NCBI GenBank assembly: GCA_943787795.1
Contig: CALSNU010000001.1
Span: 1,312,001-1,376,000 of the forward strand
Length of the DNA: 64,000 nt
Direction: 5' to 3'
From: an uncultured bacterium
Lineage (GTDB): Bacteria; Planctomycetota; UBA1135; GCA-002686595
Made by a program: the position numbers and the translations under genes. The notes below the pieces were generated by a model that was not told the DNA's origin, searched no databases, and saw only the letters and a list, made by a program, of their open reading frames with translations. The number at the start of each line of letters is the position of its first letter. Position 1 is the stretch's first letter. Below are positions 30,567 through 42,167 of the stretch, in pieces.

Positions 30567-30857
30567 GGTCGATGAACAGATGCCCGCGCGAGCCGGGCAG
30601 GGGTCGAGGCCGCGCGTCTGAGCCGGCCGGCGAGGCGGAGCTGCAAGGGCGCGACGTGAGGCAGAGGTGACGAGCACATCGGGAAGTGCTGGGGACGACT
30701 CCGACGGACTCGGGCATTGAAGCAAGCAGGATTCGGGGGGGCAGCGAATAATCGCAGACCCCGCACAAGGATATTGGAGGTCGACGCAAGCGCTTCGTAT
30801 CGCACCCCCTTCTCCATAGACTTACAGCCATCCCCGGCAGCCCTCCGCCCCGCGCCT

Positions 30858-32819
30858 ATGTCCCAGTCGATCGAGACGGTCCTCACCGAGGATCGAAGCT
30901 TCCCGCCGTCCGATGTGTTTCGAGAGGCGGCGCGCCTTTCCGACCGGCCGACCTACGAGCAGATGTGGCGCCGGTCGATCGATGACCCCGAGGGGTTCTT
31001 CGGCGAGGTCGCCCGCGAGTTGCCGTGGCTGGAGCCGTTCACTTCTGTCCTGGATTGGTCCGGGGCCCCGGTGGCCCGCTGGTTCGAGGGAGGCAAGCTC
31101 AACATCTCCCACGTCTGCCTGGACCAGCACGTGGAGGCCGGGCGCGGGGGCGAGGTCGCGCTGATCTGGGAGGGGGAGCCGGGGGACGCGCGGACGTTCA
31201 CATACGCCGAGCTGCTCGCCGAGGTTTGCCGCTTCGCCAACGTGCTCAAGGCCCGCGGGGTGGGCAAGGGCGACCGCGTCGCGATTTACATGCCCATGAT
31301 CCCCGAGGCGGCCATGGCGATGCTGGCCTGCGCCAGGATCGGAGCGATCCACTCCGTGGTCTTCGGGGGATTCAGCGCGCAGTCGCTCACCGACCGGATC
31401 GAGGACGGCGGCTGTACCGCGGTCATCACCGCGGACGGCGGCTGGCGACGCGGCTCGATCCTGGCCCTCAAGGACGCGGTGGACGACGCGGTCGTGGGGC
31501 AGGCCCAGGTGCACACGGTCCTCTGCGTCCGCCGCACCGAGCAGAGCGTTGCCTGGAGTGAGGGGCGCGACGTTTGGCTCCACGAGGCGCTCGAGGGCGT
31601 CAGCGACGTGTGCGACCCGGAGCCCATGGACTCCGAAGACGTGCTGTTCCTGCTCTACACCTCGGGCTCCACGGGGAAGCCCAAGGGAATCGTTCACACC
31701 ACGGGCGGCTACATCGTCGGCGCGTACCTCTCGACCCGGTACGTCTTCGACCTGCGGCCTGGGGACACCTACTGGTGCACCGCGGACGTGGGGTGGATCA
31801 CGGGGCACAGCTACATCGTCTATGGCCCGCTCGCCAACGGCGCTCGAATGGTCATGTACGAGGGGGCGCCGAACGCGCCCCATGAGGGCCGGTTCTGGGA
31901 GCTCTGTGAGAAGCACCGGGTGAGCATCTTCTACACGGCGCCCACCGCCATCCGGGCGTTCATGAAGTGGGGGGATGAGCACGTGGAGAAGTTCGACCTC
32001 TCCAGCCTGCGGCTTCTCGGGACCGTCGGCGAGCCGATCAACCCCGCCGCGTGGATCTGGTACCGCGAGAAGATCGGCGGCGGCCGGTGTCCGATCGTGG
32101 ACACCTGGTGGCAGACCGAGACGGGCTCCATCATGCTCACTCCGCTGCCTGGCATGAGCGCGACGAAGCCGGGCTCTGCGATGACGCCCTTCTTCGGCGT
32201 GGACGCCGCGATCCTCGACGAGGAGGGCAACGAGGTCCCGCACGGCGAGGGGGGGCTGCTCGCCATCCGTCGGCCGTGGCCGAGCATGCTGCGGGGCATC
32301 TGGGGGGATGAGGCGCGCTATCGGGAGACCTATTGGTCGCGCTGGGACGGGCGCTACTACATGGCTGGTGACGGAGCCCGCCGTGACGACGACGGCGACT
32401 TCTGGATCATGGGGCGCGTGGACGACGTGCTCAATGTCTCCGGACACCGCCTCTCCACCATGGAGGTCGAGAGCGCGCTCGTCAGCCACGACGGGGTCGT
32501 GGAGGCCGCGGTCGTCGCGCGCCCAGATGACCTCACGGGTGAGGCCATCGTGGCCTTTGTGATCCCGAAGGATGAGGTCGCGGAGGATGGCGGGCTGACG
32601 CTCGGCGCCCTGCTGAAGGCACACGTCGCCGAGGAGATCGGGAAGCTCGCGCGCCCCGCGGAAATCCGCGTCTCGCCGCGGCTCCCCAAGACCCGCAGCG
32701 GAAAGATCATGCGGCGGCTCCTCAGAGCCATCGCCGCGGGTGAAGAGATTCACCAGGACACCACAACGCTCGAGGATCCCACGATCCTCGACGAGCTTCG
32801 AGCCGGAGTGAAAGCATGA
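30858..32819 (+). CDS. acs: Acetyl-CoA synthetase
   Basis: [55 protein letters not shown]. Confidence 0.98.
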   Translation: MSQSIETVLTEDRSFPPSDVFREAARLSDRPTYEQMWRRSIDDPEGFFGEVARELPWLEPFTSVLDWSGAPVARWFEGGKLNISHVCLDQHVEAGRGGEVALIWEGEPGDARTFTYAELLAEVCRFANVLKARGVGKGDRVAIYMPMIPEAAMAMLACARIGAIHSVVFGGFSAQSLTDRIEDGGCTAVITADGGWRRGSILALKDAVDDAVVGQAQVHTVLCVRRTEQSVAWSEGRDVWLHEALEGVSDVCDPEPMDSEDVLFLLYTSGSTGKPKGIVHTTGGYIVGAYLSTRYVFDLRPGDTYWCTADVGWITGHSYIVYGPLANGARMVMYEGAPNAPHEGRFWELCEKHRVSIFYTAPTAIRAFMKWGDEHVEKFDLSSLRLLGTVGEPINPAAWIWYREKIGGGRCPIVDTWWQTETGSIMLTPLPGMSATKPGSAMTPFFGVDAAILDEEGNEVPHGEGGLLAIRRPWPSMLRGIWGDEARYRETYWSRWDGRYYMAGDGARRDDDGDFWIMGRVDDVLNVSGHRLSTMEVESALVSHDGVVEAAVVARPDDLTGEAIVAFVIPKDEVAEDGGLTLGALLKAHVAEEIGKLARPAEIRVSPRLPKTRSGKIMRRLLRAIAAGEEIHQDTTTLEDPTILDELRAGVKA

Positions 32820-35794
32820 GCCGTCCCATCCTCGCCACCCTCGCGCTACTTCTGGCCGCCCCGGGCTTCGCCCAGGGTGACCTGCCTTCGGAGCGCTCGG
32901 ACATCCTCCCTGCCGTGGACCAGATCATCGCGAGCCACGACTGCCTCGCCTGCCATGACCCCGAGTCGAGCCTTCGGGACCGTCTCGACCCGGTCGCGGC
33001 GCCTGACCTCGCCGGCGTCTCGGGCCGCGTGGACCGGAACTGGCTCGTGGACTTCCTCGCGAACCCCAGGGCGACCCGGCCGGGGTCGACCCACCCGCAT
33101 CAGCTCGCGGGCCTCGAGGCGCCCGGCCGCCAGCGGGCGGCGGAGGGCATCGCTGCCTTCCTCGCTGCGAATGCGACCACCCGCAGCCAGGCGGGTGAGC
33201 CGGGTGAGGAGACCAGCGACTTTGGCACGGTCGAGCGCGGCCGCGGGCTCTTCCACAGCGTCGGGTGCGTGGCCTGCCACGGACCGCTCGAGGATGCCTT
33301 TGATCTCGAGATCACGTTGGTCGAGCTCGAGGCCGAGCTGCGCGCTGCCGAGGAGGCCGGCGAGCTGCTGGAGGAGGTCTCGGATGGGTATGACGAGGAG
33401 CCGCTCCTCGTTCGCCCGGGGACGCTCGCTCCCGATCCCCATGCGCTCCCGTCGGACCTCGCGCGCAAGTACCGCATCAGCACCCTGGCGGACTTCCTCG
33501 AGGACCCCGTGGCGGTGCGGCCCTCCGGGCACTGCCCCTCCATGGGGCTCGAGGCCGACGAGGCGCGAGCGATCGCCGCGTACCTGTTGAGGTCCCAGTC
33601 CCAGCGAGCCAACACGAGCGACGAGCGCCGGCCCGGGCTGGTCGTGAAGGTCTACGAGGCCCCGGACCTCCAGCGGGGCGGACTCGCGCGCCTCGATGAT
33701 CTCAAGCCTGTGGCGACCCAGGTCGTGCAGGAGATCAACGTCGACGCCCGGACCCGCGACGAGCAGTTTGGCCTGCGCTTCACGGGCTTTCTTGATGTCC
33801 CGGCTGACGGCCGGTATCGCTTCCATCTCGCCTCCGACGACGGCTCGCGCCTGCGCATCGGCGGGGAGCTCGTGGTGGACAACGGCGGCGTCCACGGCAC
33901 CAAGACGGTCTCTGGCGGCGCCGACCTCCTGGCGGGTGCGGTGCCCATCGAGGTGACCTTCTTCGAGGCCTCGGGTGGCGAGGTGTTGTCCCTCGAGTGG
34001 GAGGGGCCCGGCGTCAGCCGCGGCCCGCTCACTTCCGAGCGCCTCTCGCACTGGCCGCTGATCTACCGCGTGCTGGGCGCGGACGGCGAGCCGCTGGCTG
34101 ATCCGGCCCTTCGCCCTGCTTCGCCGCAGTTGGTGAAGGCTGGGCGTCAGGCCTTCGCCCGACTGGGGTGTGCCACGTGCCACGCCGGCGTGCTGCCAGG
34201 ACCGGCGCCGGAGGTGGTCCGCCAGCCCCCGTCCCTCGACGACCTGTCCGGAGCTCGAGGCAATACGCTCTGCCTCCGCCCGGACGGTCGCTACGACTTC
34301 ACTCCGGAGACGGCGGGGGAGCTGCTCGCGGCCTTCGCCGAGCCGACACGGATCGCGGCGAGCGCCGTCGATCCGGCGGATCTGGTCCAGCGGCGCCTCG
34401 CGGGCCGTCGGTGCTATTCGTGCCACCGACGCGACGACATCGGCGGGGTTCACCCCGAACTGCAGGCCTTCTACGTCGGAGACGAAGAGGCGGAGCTCGG
34501 AGACCAGGGGCGCTTCCCGCCGACGCTGTCGGCGGTTGGGCGGAAGTTCCGGCCCGAGGTGCTCCGCGCCGCGCTGCGCGGTGAGGAGCGGGTGCGTCCC
34601 TACCTCTCGACGCGGATGCCTCAGATGGGGGCCCGCGGCGTCGACGGCCTCGCTGAGCTGCTCGAGGCCGCGGACGCCAAGGCTGCTGCCGAGGTCGCGT
34701 CCGCGCCGTCCTGTGACATGGAGCTGACCGCCGACGGGCGGCGGCTGGCGGGGACCCGCGGGCTGGGGTGCGTGCAGTGCCACCGCTTCCTCGGCAGCGA
34801 GAGCCTCGGGGTGCAGGCCATCGACATGGGGCAGATGCACCGCCGCCTCCGCTACGAGTGGTTCCATGACCTGCTCTTGAACCCGGCGAACGTGGACCTC
34901 GACGCGCGCATGGCTAACCTCTGGGTGGAGGGCGAGAGCCCCGTCCAAGACATCGCCGACGGCGACATCGAGGCTCAGATCGAATCGCTCTGGTGCTGGC
35001 TGGGCGGTGAGGAGAACATGGCGCCGCCCCCCGGCCTTGAGACGGGCCCTTGGGCCTTCGAGGTGGACGTCTCCGAGGAGCCGCGCACGGTGGCGGTCTT
35101 CATGAACGAGGTGTCGCCGCGGGTCCTCTGCGTCGGCTCTCCCACCGGGCTGCACTTCGCCTTCGACGAGCAGAACGCGCGCCTCGTGAAGGTCTGGCGC
35201 GGGCGCTTCCTGAACGCCGAGAAGACCTGGAAGGGGCGCGCCGGCGGCCTGGAGATGCCGGCCTCTTCGGATACCGTGGACCTGGGCTCGGCCCTGCCAG
35301 TCCTCCCGTTCGGTTCCATGACGGACCCCTGGCCTGGATCCACAGGCCTCGACGCGGGCGCGCGGATCCTCGGGCGGACCGCCCACCCGGACGGCTCGAT
35401 GACCTTCCGTTACGCGATCGGGGACCTGCGCATTGAGGAGCTTGTTCGGCCCCTCGAGATGACGCTCGAGGAGGGAGCCAGTACGGCGCCAGGCACGCGC
35501 CTCGGCGTGGAGCGGGTCTTCACCGTACGGGCGCCCCTCGGGACCGCGGTCATGGCGCGCCCCCTGGCGGCCCGCCGCTTCGATAGCCTCGGCGCGGGGC
35601 GCTGGAGCGTGAATGGAGGGGCGTGGCCGGTCCTCGAGGTGGACGAGCAGAGCGCTCGCCGCGCCCGGATCGTGGACGCGGTGGCAGACGGCGCGTCCAC
35701 CACCGCCGAGCTTCGAATCCCAGTTCTCATGCTCCCGGAGGAACCCGGGAGCCAGACTCTCGTTGGTACGTTCTCTTGGAGGTATGCGTGGTGA
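32816..35794 (+). CDS. Secreted pentaheme c-type cytochrome with a PA14 domain
   Basis: Signal peptide; CLACH, CVACH, CATCH, CYSCH, CVQCH; PA14 motifs [26 protein letters not shown]. Confidence 0.9.
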   Translation: MSRPILATLALLLAAPGFAQGDLPSERSDILPAVDQIIASHDCLACHDPESSLRDRLDPVAAPDLAGVSGRVDRNWLVDFLANPRATRPGSTHPHQLAGLEAPGRQRAAEGIAAFLAANATTRSQAGEPGEETSDFGTVERGRGLFHSVGCVACHGPLEDAFDLEITLVELEAELRAAEEAGELLEEVSDGYDEEPLLVRPGTLAPDPHALPSDLARKYRISTLADFLEDPVAVRPSGHCPSMGLEADEARAIAAYLLRSQSQRANTSDERRPGLVVKVYEAPDLQRGGLARLDDLKPVATQVVQEINVDARTRDEQFGLRFTGFLDVPADGRYRFHLASDDGSRLRIGGELVVDNGGVHGTKTVSGGADLLAGAVPIEVTFFEASGGEVLSLEWEGPGVSRGPLTSERLSHWPLIYRVLGADGEPLADPALRPASPQLVKAGRQAFARLGCATCHAGVLPGPAPEVVRQPPSLDDLSGARGNTLCLRPDGRYDFTPETAGELLAAFAEPTRIAASAVDPADLVQRRLAGRRCYSCHRRDDIGGVHPELQAFYVGDEEAELGDQGRFPPTLSAVGRKFRPEVLRAALRGEERVRPYLSTRMPQMGARGVDGLAELLEAADAKAAAEVASAPSCDMELTADGRRLAGTRGLGCVQCHRFLGSESLGVQAIDMGQMHRRLRYEWFHDLLLNPANVDLDARMANLWVEGESPVQDIADGDIEAQIESLWCWLGGEENMAPPPGLETGPWAFEVDVSEEPRTVAVFMNEVSPRVLCVGSPTGLHFAFDEQNARLVKVWRGRFLNAEKTWKGRAGGLEMPASSDTVDLGSALPVLPFGSMTDPWPGSTGLDAGARILGRTAHPDGSMTFRYAIGDLRIEELVRPLEMTLEEGASTAPGTRLGVERVFTVRAPLGTAVMARPLAARRFDSLGAGRWSVNGGAWPVLEVDEQSARRARIVDAVADGASTTAELRIPVLMLPEEPGSQTLVGTFSWRYAW

Positions 35795-37311
35795 TTCAAT
35801 CCCTTGCCCTGGTCACTCTCGCGGGCTTCAGCCCGGCAGCCCTGAGCGCGGTGAGCCACGCCGCGCAGGACGTCCCGACCCACGCGGAGCGTGAGGCGCG
35901 CGCCTACAGCGTGAGGTCGTGCCCGCTCCCCGAGGGCGTCGCCCTCGAGGTCGGCGGCCTCGAGATCATCCCCGGCCCTGACGGGCCCCGGGTCCTCGCG
36001 GTGACGCGTCGGGGCGAGATGTGGGGGATTGACGGCTTCGCCGGCGGCGAGGTCGCCGAGCAACCGGCCTTCGAGCGCGTTGCGGACGGCCTGCACGAGC
36101 CCCTCGGGCTGCTGCGGGACGGCGACGCTTTGATGGTCGCCTGCCGCGGCAAGCTGGTCCGGCTGACGGACACCGACGGTGATCATGTCTACGAGACCCA
36201 CGACTCGGTGACCGATTGGTGGCGCATCAGCGGCAACTACCACGAGTACAACTTCGGCCCGGCCCCGGCGATCGACGGGAGCTACTGGATCACGACCAAC
36301 AAGCCCTTCGGCGCGCAGCCGTTCGGGCGGGTGACGTGGCGCGGCTACGCGCTCCGGATCACGCCCGACGGTGAGGTGACGCCCATGTGCGCGGGGCTCC
36401 GGTCTCCCGCGGGGGTGAACACGTCGCCCACGGGCGAGGTCTTCTACACGGACAACCAGGGCGAGTGGTGCGGCGCCAGCAAGCTCAGCCTCCTGCGGCC
36501 GGGGAGCTACCACGGTCACCCGCACGGGATCGGGAGCACCGACCTCCCCGAGTGGCCCTGGCCCCGGCCGGCGGCCCTCCCGGAGGGGCAGCTGTTCTCG
36601 GACATCGCCGCGTCCGGGGACTTCCCTGCCTTCCAGATGCCGAGCGTCTGGTTCCCCCACGGGGAGATGGGGCGGAGCCCCGCCGGGTTCGTGTGGGACC
36701 AGAGCGAGGGCAAGTTCGGCCCGTTCCCGGGGCAGATCTTTGTCGCGGACCAGTACGACGCCGCGGTCTTCAGGGTCGATCTGGAGCGGGTCGGCTCACA
36801 GTGGCAGGGGGCCTGCTTCCGCTTTCGTGAGGGTCTTGCCTGCGGGGTGATTCGCGTGGCCTTCACCGAGGAGGGCGCCCTCCTGCTCGGCGAGACGGAC
36901 CGAGGCTGGGGGTCACGCGGGTCCCTGACCGAGGGGCTTCAGCGCCTGGACTGGACGGGCTTCGTGCCCTTCGAGATCCACACCATGCGGCTGCTCAAGG
37001 GCGCGCCGGGATTCCGGCTGCGCTTCACCTCCCCGGCCAGCGCCGAGTCCCTGGCGGAGCTCGCCAGCTACTCCATGGAGAGCTACACCTACCAGTCCAC
37101 TCAGCGGTACGGCAGCGCGGAGCTCTCCAAGGAGAACCCCACGGTCCAGTCCGCGACGCCGCACGCTGACGGGCTCGGCGTGGACCTCGTCTTCGAAGGC
37201 CTCCGTGAGGGCTTCGTGCACGAGCTGGACGCCTCGGGCGTGAGGTCGGCGGACGGTGCGCTCGACCTGCTGCATCCGAAGGGGTACTACACCCTCATCA
37301 AGATGCGCTGA
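35791..37311 (+). CDS. Secreted beta-propeller protein (glucose/sorbosone dehydrogenase-like)
   Basis: Signal peptide; LEVGG, GLHEPLGL, NYHEYNFG, GLRSPAG, FYTDNQGEW, RGWGS; GTGA overlap with the cytochrome gene. Confidence 0.8.
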   Translation: MIQSLALVTLAGFSPAALSAVSHAAQDVPTHAEREARAYSVRSCPLPEGVALEVGGLEIIPGPDGPRVLAVTRRGEMWGIDGFAGGEVAEQPAFERVADGLHEPLGLLRDGDALMVACRGKLVRLTDTDGDHVYETHDSVTDWWRISGNYHEYNFGPAPAIDGSYWITTNKPFGAQPFGRVTWRGYALRITPDGEVTPMCAGLRSPAGVNTSPTGEVFYTDNQGEWCGASKLSLLRPGSYHGHPHGIGSTDLPEWPWPRPAALPEGQLFSDIAASGDFPAFQMPSVWFPHGEMGRSPAGFVWDQSEGKFGPFPGQIFVADQYDAAVFRVDLERVGSQWQGACFRFREGLACGVIRVAFTEEGALLLGETDRGWGSRGSLTEGLQRLDWTGFVPFEIHTMRLLKGAPGFRLRFTSPASAESLAELASYSMESYTYQSTQRYGSAELSKENPTVQSATPHADGLGVDLVFEGLREGFVHELDASGVRSADGALDLLHPKGYYTLIKMR

Positions 37312-37350
37312 CCCGCCCGCGCGGGTGGACCGCGCGGTGGTCCCGCCAGG

Positions 37351-38331
37351 TCAACCCTCGAGGAGGTCCAGTCCCTGCCGCTGCCCGTGGAGGTCCTCGT
37401 CCTTGCGGCGAGCCGTCTCGAGCAGCAGGTGGGTGACGTTGTAGCGCCGCTTGGTCGCGGTGTCCGTGCCGGTGCCAGCGTGGAAGGTGAAGCTCGCTCC
37501 GGTCACATCACACAGTCGCTCGAAGATCCCCTGGACCTGGAGCTTCAGCGCAGCGCTGATCGATTCGGGCAGCAGCTCTCCGTTGCGGCGCAGCGCCTCT
37601 CCGATCTTCAGCCCGCTCGGGGAGTTCTCGAGGAGCTCCTGGAGGCGCTCTTCGGTCAGGAAGCCCAGCGAGATGAGCAGCTCTCCAAGTCGTTGGCCTG
37701 CTGGCGAACTGGAGCTGGTGACGCGGCAGAGTTCCCCCCCGATGTAGGTGAGCGAGAACGTCTCCCGGGCGGCCTTGATCCGGAGGACCCCCGTCTTGGA
37801 CTGCATCTGGAAGAACCCGATCAGCTCAGGGACCGATACGGCGTCGGTGTGACCGCTGAAGTCTGGTGCTCCCGCCGGCGCGTCTGAAGGCGCATCGAAG
37901 GCGGTCGCCTCGTCGAGGTTGAGGGTCACTCGCATCGCGCCGGTAGCGCCGGCCGCTCCGGCCGCTCCGGCCGCGGGGGGCGACTCTTGATCGTGGCCCG
38001 TTGGACGAGCGCCGAGGGTGCCTCGATCGTCAAACAGCACACCGCTTCGCACCTCGAAGAGCCGACAGAGGGCGTCGGCGAGGTCCTCGTCATAGTCCGA
38101 GAGCTCGCGGGTACGAAAGGCTGCGGTTCGGGAGGGCGAGGGGGCGCCTGGCGCGAGGGGGCGCGGGGAGCCGAGATCCTCGAGGGCGAGCTCGGTGTGA
38201 CGGCGCACCCGATCGAGAACGGCAGAGGAGAGCGAGTCCTCGGTCGACGGTCCGAGCCCGTGCAGTCTCTCCGCGAGTTCCTCCGCGAGGGAGCGGATCT
38301 CGGTGAGGTGAGTGGGGTGAGTGCCGGGCAT
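37351..38331 (-). CDS. DUF4388 (PatA-N-like) domain protein
   Basis: C-terminal FSG....SVPELIGF.....KTGVLRI, RLGELLI, IGEAL, VTHLLLETARRKDE. Confidence 0.8.
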   Translation of the reverse strand: MPGTHPTHLTEIRSLAEELAERLHGLGPSTEDSLSSAVLDRVRRHTELALEDLGSPRPLAPGAPSPSRTAAFRTRELSDYDEDLADALCRLFEVRSGVLFDDRGTLGARPTGHDQESPPAAGAAGAAGATGAMRVTLNLDEATAFDAPSDAPAGAPDFSGHTDAVSVPELIGFFQMQSKTGVLRIKAARETFSLTYIGGELCRVTSSSSPAGQRLGELLISLGFLTEERLQELLENSPSGLKIGEALRRNGELLPESISAALKLQVQGIFERLCDVTGASFTFHAGTGTDTATKRRYNVTHLLLETARRKDEDLHGQRQGLDLLEG

Positions 38332-38467
38332 GCTTCGACCCGACGGAAACCCTCGGGATTCCCAAGATTTCGTCCCGGGTCAAGCCGCGGCTGGAGCCCG
38401 AGCCTGAAATCCCGCACTGCCGCCCGGGGAAATCACCCCCGGCCAGAAATATCTTCCGACCGGAGGC

Positions 38468-39442
38468 TCAGATCCCGAGGTTCTCGGTCTCGCCGCGCCC
38501 TGAGCTATCGTCCTTCCACCAGTCGTCGGAGGTGACCTCCAGGACGCCTTCTCGGTACGGCCGAGGCTCCCAACCGAGCTCCTCCCGCGCGGCAGTGATG
38601 TTGTGATCGTGGTGCAGCGAGAAGTAGCCGGCCCCTCGGCGTTCCTTGGTGACGTCCTTGAAGAGGCCCTTGAGCAAGATCGCGCGTTCGACCCAGCGGC
38701 GGGGGATGTTCCTGCGGCGGACGTTGCCGCCCGTGGCGGCGATGGTGAGGTCGAGGAAGTCGTTGAAAGAGACTCCGGCGGGTCCGGCGATCTCGAAGAC
38801 CCGAAAGTCCTCCTTGCCGCGTTCGTAGTCGAAGGCTCGCACGATCGCCTCCACGAGGTCGTCCACGTGGACGGGGTTCAGCATCGAGAGGCCCTCGTGA
38901 TAGACCCAGTAGGAGCCCTTCTGGGCGCCGCACTTGCGCAGCAGCGGCGCGGTGTGTCGGAAGTCACCGCGCCCGTAGACGAGCGTGGGTCTGAAGGACG
39001 TCCAGCGCACACTGGAGCCCCGTACGATCTTCTCCTGCACACGCTTGGAGTCCCGGTAGTAGCTGTAGACCGGGACGCCGATGACCGCGGAGGCCACGTT
39101 GATGAACTGGAAGTTCTCGGCAGCGTTCCGCTCGGCTTCTGCCACCAGGGCCTCGGTACCCGCCACGTTGACCGTCTGGAGCACCTCGTCAGAGAGGTGG
39201 TCGTGGGCGCTGGCGAGGTGAATCAGGAAGTCGGCGTCCTTGAGGAAGCCGTCCACTGACCCCGGGTCGGTGAGGTCTCCCTCGTGGAATTCGAGGTGGT
39301 CGGGGTTCTCGAGCGGCTGGTCGCTGAGGACCGTGGAGCGGCCTGGCCGCACGAAGGCGCGGACGTGATGTCCGTCCCTGAGCAGGCGTCGGACAATGTA
39401 CTGACCGATGAATCCGGTCGATCCTGTGACGGCGATGAGCAT
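38468..39442 (-). CDS. NAD-dependent epimerase/dehydratase (extended SDR)
   Basis: VTGSTGFIG, GDLTD, VNVAGT, YRDSK (YxxxK), RPTLVYG. Confidence 0.9.
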   Translation of the reverse strand: MLIAVTGSTGFIGQYIVRRLLRDGHHVRAFVRPGRSTVLSDQPLENPDHLEFHEGDLTDPGSVDGFLKDADFLIHLASAHDHLSDEVLQTVNVAGTEALVAEAERNAAENFQFINVASAVIGVPVYSYYRDSKRVQEKIVRGSSVRWTSFRPTLVYGRGDFRHTAPLLRKCGAQKGSYWVYHEGLSMLNPVHVDDLVEAIVRAFDYERGKEDFRVFEIAGPAGVSFNDFLDLTIAATGGNVRRRNIPRRWVERAILLKGLFKDVTKERRGAGYFSLHHDHNITAAREELGWEPRPYREGVLEVTSDDWWKDDSSGRGETENLGI

Positions 39443-39531
39443 GTGTCGGTTCGATCGCGAGGGGAGGGCGCGCGCAAAAGACTACCGCGCTCACAGGTCC
39501 CCCGTGCCTCTGAGCCGGTCAGGATGAAGGC

Positions 39532-40464
39532 ATGACCCGATCCAGCGAGGGCCGAGGAGACACAATGCGGGACCTAGACGGGCTCCGGAAGGAGCCCGTG
39601 CCCGGACCTGAGGTCGGGGCTGTGACGGGGGTCGTTGCGGCGCTCCCGGGCGAGCTCGGCGAGCTCGGGGTGCTCGGAGGGGGTAAGCCCTGGTCGGGAC
39701 CGCCGCTTGGAACGCCTATTTTTGAGACGACCCTCCCGGTCGGCGGGCGGATCCTCGCGGTGGCCTCGGGGGTCGGCAAGGTCGCCGCGGCCGGTGCGGC
39801 TGCGGGACTGGTCGCTGCCGGGGCCACTCGGCTGCTGGTGGTGGGGACCTGTGGCGGGCTGAGGGCACAGGAGACCGTCGGGGCGCTGATCCATGCGCGG
39901 AGGGCCGTCCAGTGGGACCTGGCGACGCGCCACGGTCGCGAGCTGACCGCCGACGAGGCATTGATGGAGGCCTGGCGCGCGATCATCGGGGGGGAGCGGG
40001 GCTGCATCCTGACCGCGGACCGACCGGTGATTCGATTCCTGGACCGGCTACGCGTCGCCCGGGCAGCTGCGAAGACCGAGGCCGGTCCCGTGGTCGCGGA
40101 CATGGAGACGGCCGCGGTGGCCGCGGTGGCGTCCCAGGCGGGGATTCCCTGGGCTGGCCTCAAGGTGGTCTCGGACCGGAGGCCGGGCTGGACGGAGCTC
40201 TCCCGGTGGTCTGGGGCCTCCATGGATGGGTTCAAGGAGGCCCTCCGGACCCACGGGGCCCGCCCTGCCGGGTCGGTCCCGCTGCTCTGTGAGGCTCTCG
40301 CGAGGCCGCGATGTGAGCGAGAGGGAGGTTCACTCGATCATCCGGTCGCGGGCCCTATTAGAGGCCCTAATGGAGGCCCTAATGGAGGCCCTAATGGAGG
40401 CACCGTCGCTGGCCCGGAAGGAGACATCGAGGGTGAGTCGGCGGAAGGCACAGCCTCCCCTTGA
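39532..40464 (+). CDS. Nucleoside phosphorylase / MTA-SAH nucleosidase family protein
   Basis: VAALPGE, SGVGKVAAA, VGTCGGL, DMETAAVA, LKVVSD; start uncertain (39532 or 39565). Confidence 0.8.
   Translation: MTRSSEGRGDTMRDLDGLRKEPVPGPEVGAVTGVVAALPGELGELGVLGGGKPWSGPPLGTPIFETTLPVGGRILAVASGVGKVAAAGAAAGLVAAGATRLLVVGTCGGLRAQETVGALIHARRAVQWDLATRHGRELTADEALMEAWRAIIGGERGCILTADRPVIRFLDRLRVARAAAKTEAGPVVADMETAAVAAVASQAGIPWAGLKVVSDRRPGWTELSRWSGASMDGFKEALRTHGARPAGSVPLLCEALARPRCEREGGSLDHPVAGPIRGPNGGPNGGPNGGTVAGPEGDIEGESAEGTASP
40360..40400 (+). repeat. In-frame 12-bp tandem repeat encoding (GGPN)n
   Basis: ggaggccctaat units near the 3' end of the nucleosidase gene. Confidence 0.85.
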
Positions 40465-40654
40465 CCGCCTCTTTGCGCTAAGCGAGCCCAGCTTGTGGAC
40501 AAGCTGCCTCAGAATGCCGAGGCGCTGCGACCGATAGGACTGCTGTCGGCTGTATACCGATTCTCCCCGCGGCAACTCCCACGCCGTCCCCGTCCGCCGA
40601 GAGCGGCCCGGGTCGCCCCATGCTCCCCACCCTTTCCTCTTCGCAGAGCCCGAG

Positions 40655-42154
40655 TTGACCGCTGCTGGCACATTTGTTCGGCGCAACTTCGAGCCGCTCG
40701 TCCTGTCGGTCCAGGTCCTCGTGGACCTGCTGGTCGTGGGGCTCGCGTGCGTGCTCGCCTGGTGGATTCGTGAGCAGGCCTTCGCTGGCGGGGGGATCTA
40801 CGGGCCTGCCAGCAGCACGCCCCTGGAACTCTACCGAGAGGTCTTCGCCATCACGGCGGCGGTGTGCTTGGTCAGCTTCCACACCTTCGGGCTCTACAGC
40901 GCGAGCAAGAGCCTGCTCAACGTCGAGGAGTACAAGGCCGTCGCGAAGTCGAGCGTGGTCTCCTTCTTCGTGGTGTTGGTCCTGCTCTTCTTCCTGAGAG
41001 AGACGAACGCGACCACTGATGGCGGCGGTATCTACGCTCCGTTCCTCTGGCTGCACAAGGAGTTCGAGCTCAAGGTGAACCCTGACTACCTGTCGAGGGT
41101 CACGCTCTTGCTCTCATTCGTCTTCATCATGTTGATGACGATCGTGAGCCGCTTCTGCTCGTTCCGCGTCATCCAACGGCTCCATGAGCGGGGGATCGGC
41201 AACCGCAACGTGCTCGTCGTGGGCGCAGGGTGGACGGGGCGTAAGCTCCAGGAGAAGTTCCTCCATGTGCCGACCCTGGGCCTGAACTTCATCGGCTTCG
41301 TCGACGACGACGAGGGGCTGGTGGGAAGCTGGATAGGTCGCGGGCAGGTCCTCGGGACCGTCAAGGACCTCAAGCGCGTCGTCGGCGAGCGGAAGATCGG
41401 AGAGGTGTTCATCTCGCTGCCCGAGACCAAGGAGTCGGAGGTCCTGGAGATCTGCTCCATGCTCGACGAGATGGGGACGCCCTACTTCGTGGTGCCGCGC
41501 TTCTACCACCTGATGTCCTACAACGTACGGATCGAGAACCTCGACTCGATCCCGCTGATCACCCGCAGGGAGCGCAGCGAGTCCCTGATGTCCCTCGCGG
41601 TCAAGCGCGCCTTCGACGTCATTGTCTCCGGCACCGTGCTGGCGTTGAGCCTCCCCGCGTTGATCGCCTTCGCGGTGCTCATCAAGCGTGAGTCCGCGGG
41701 CCCGGTCTTCTTTCGCCAGCGGCGGATCGGAATGGGCGGGCGCCCCTTCGAGATGATCAAGTTCCGCACCATGCACATCGACGAGTGCGGCGACGCGGTG
41801 GCGCCGAAGAACGAGAACGACCCGCGCGTGACCCGCTTCGGCCGCTGGCTGCGGCGATACTCGCTCGACGAGCTGCCCAACTTCCTCAATGTGCTGGGTG
41901 GAGAGATGAGCGTCGTGGGGCCGAGGCCCGAGATGCCGTTCATCGTCGAGACCTACGGGGCCCTGGACCGGGAGCGGCTGCGAGCCAAGCCCGGAGTGAC
42001 CGGCCTGTGGCAGATCTCCTACGCGCGCCAGGACGCCATCCACTCCAACCTGGACTACGACCTCTACTACATCGAGAACCGCTCGCTGCTGCTGGATCTC
42101 GTCATCCTGGCGCTCACGGGGTTCGCCGTCGCGCGCGGGACAGGCGCCTTCTGA
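40655..42154 (+). CDS. Polyprenyl-phosphate glycosylphosphotransferase (WcaJ/WbaP-like priming enzyme)
   Basis: N-terminal TMs; CoA-binding-like LVVGAG; KRAFD, KFRTM, DPRVTRFGRWLRRYSLDELP, GEMSVVGPRPE, KPGVTGLWQ. Confidence 0.95.
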   Translation: MTAAGTFVRRNFEPLVLSVQVLVDLLVVGLACVLAWWIREQAFAGGGIYGPASSTPLELYREVFAITAAVCLVSFHTFGLYSASKSLLNVEEYKAVAKSSVVSFFVVLVLLFFLRETNATTDGGGIYAPFLWLHKEFELKVNPDYLSRVTLLLSFVFIMLMTIVSRFCSFRVIQRLHERGIGNRNVLVVGAGWTGRKLQEKFLHVPTLGLNFIGFVDDDEGLVGSWIGRGQVLGTVKDLKRVVGERKIGEVFISLPETKESEVLEICSMLDEMGTPYFVVPRFYHLMSYNVRIENLDSIPLITRRERSESLMSLAVKRAFDVIVSGTVLALSLPALIAFAVLIKRESAGPVFFRQRRIGMGGRPFEMIKFRTMHIDECGDAVAPKNENDPRVTRFGRWLRRYSLDELPNFLNVLGGEMSVVGPRPEMPFIVETYGALDRERLRAKPGVTGLWQISYARQDAIHSNLDYDLYYIENRSLLLDLVILALTGFAVARGTGAF

Positions 42155-42167
42155 ACGGAGCTCCCAG

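Noticed and set aside
30784..30798. Palindrome around AAGCGCTT upstream of acs as a LacI-type operator
   Set aside because: Too short to distinguish from chance, and no regulator gene nearby
38468..40464. Hopanoid cluster (HpnA-like SDR plus HpnG-like nucleosidase, with the distant radical SAM as HpnJ)
   Set aside because: No squalene-hopene cyclase, hpnH or hpnCDE in the window, and the motifs are generic to the families
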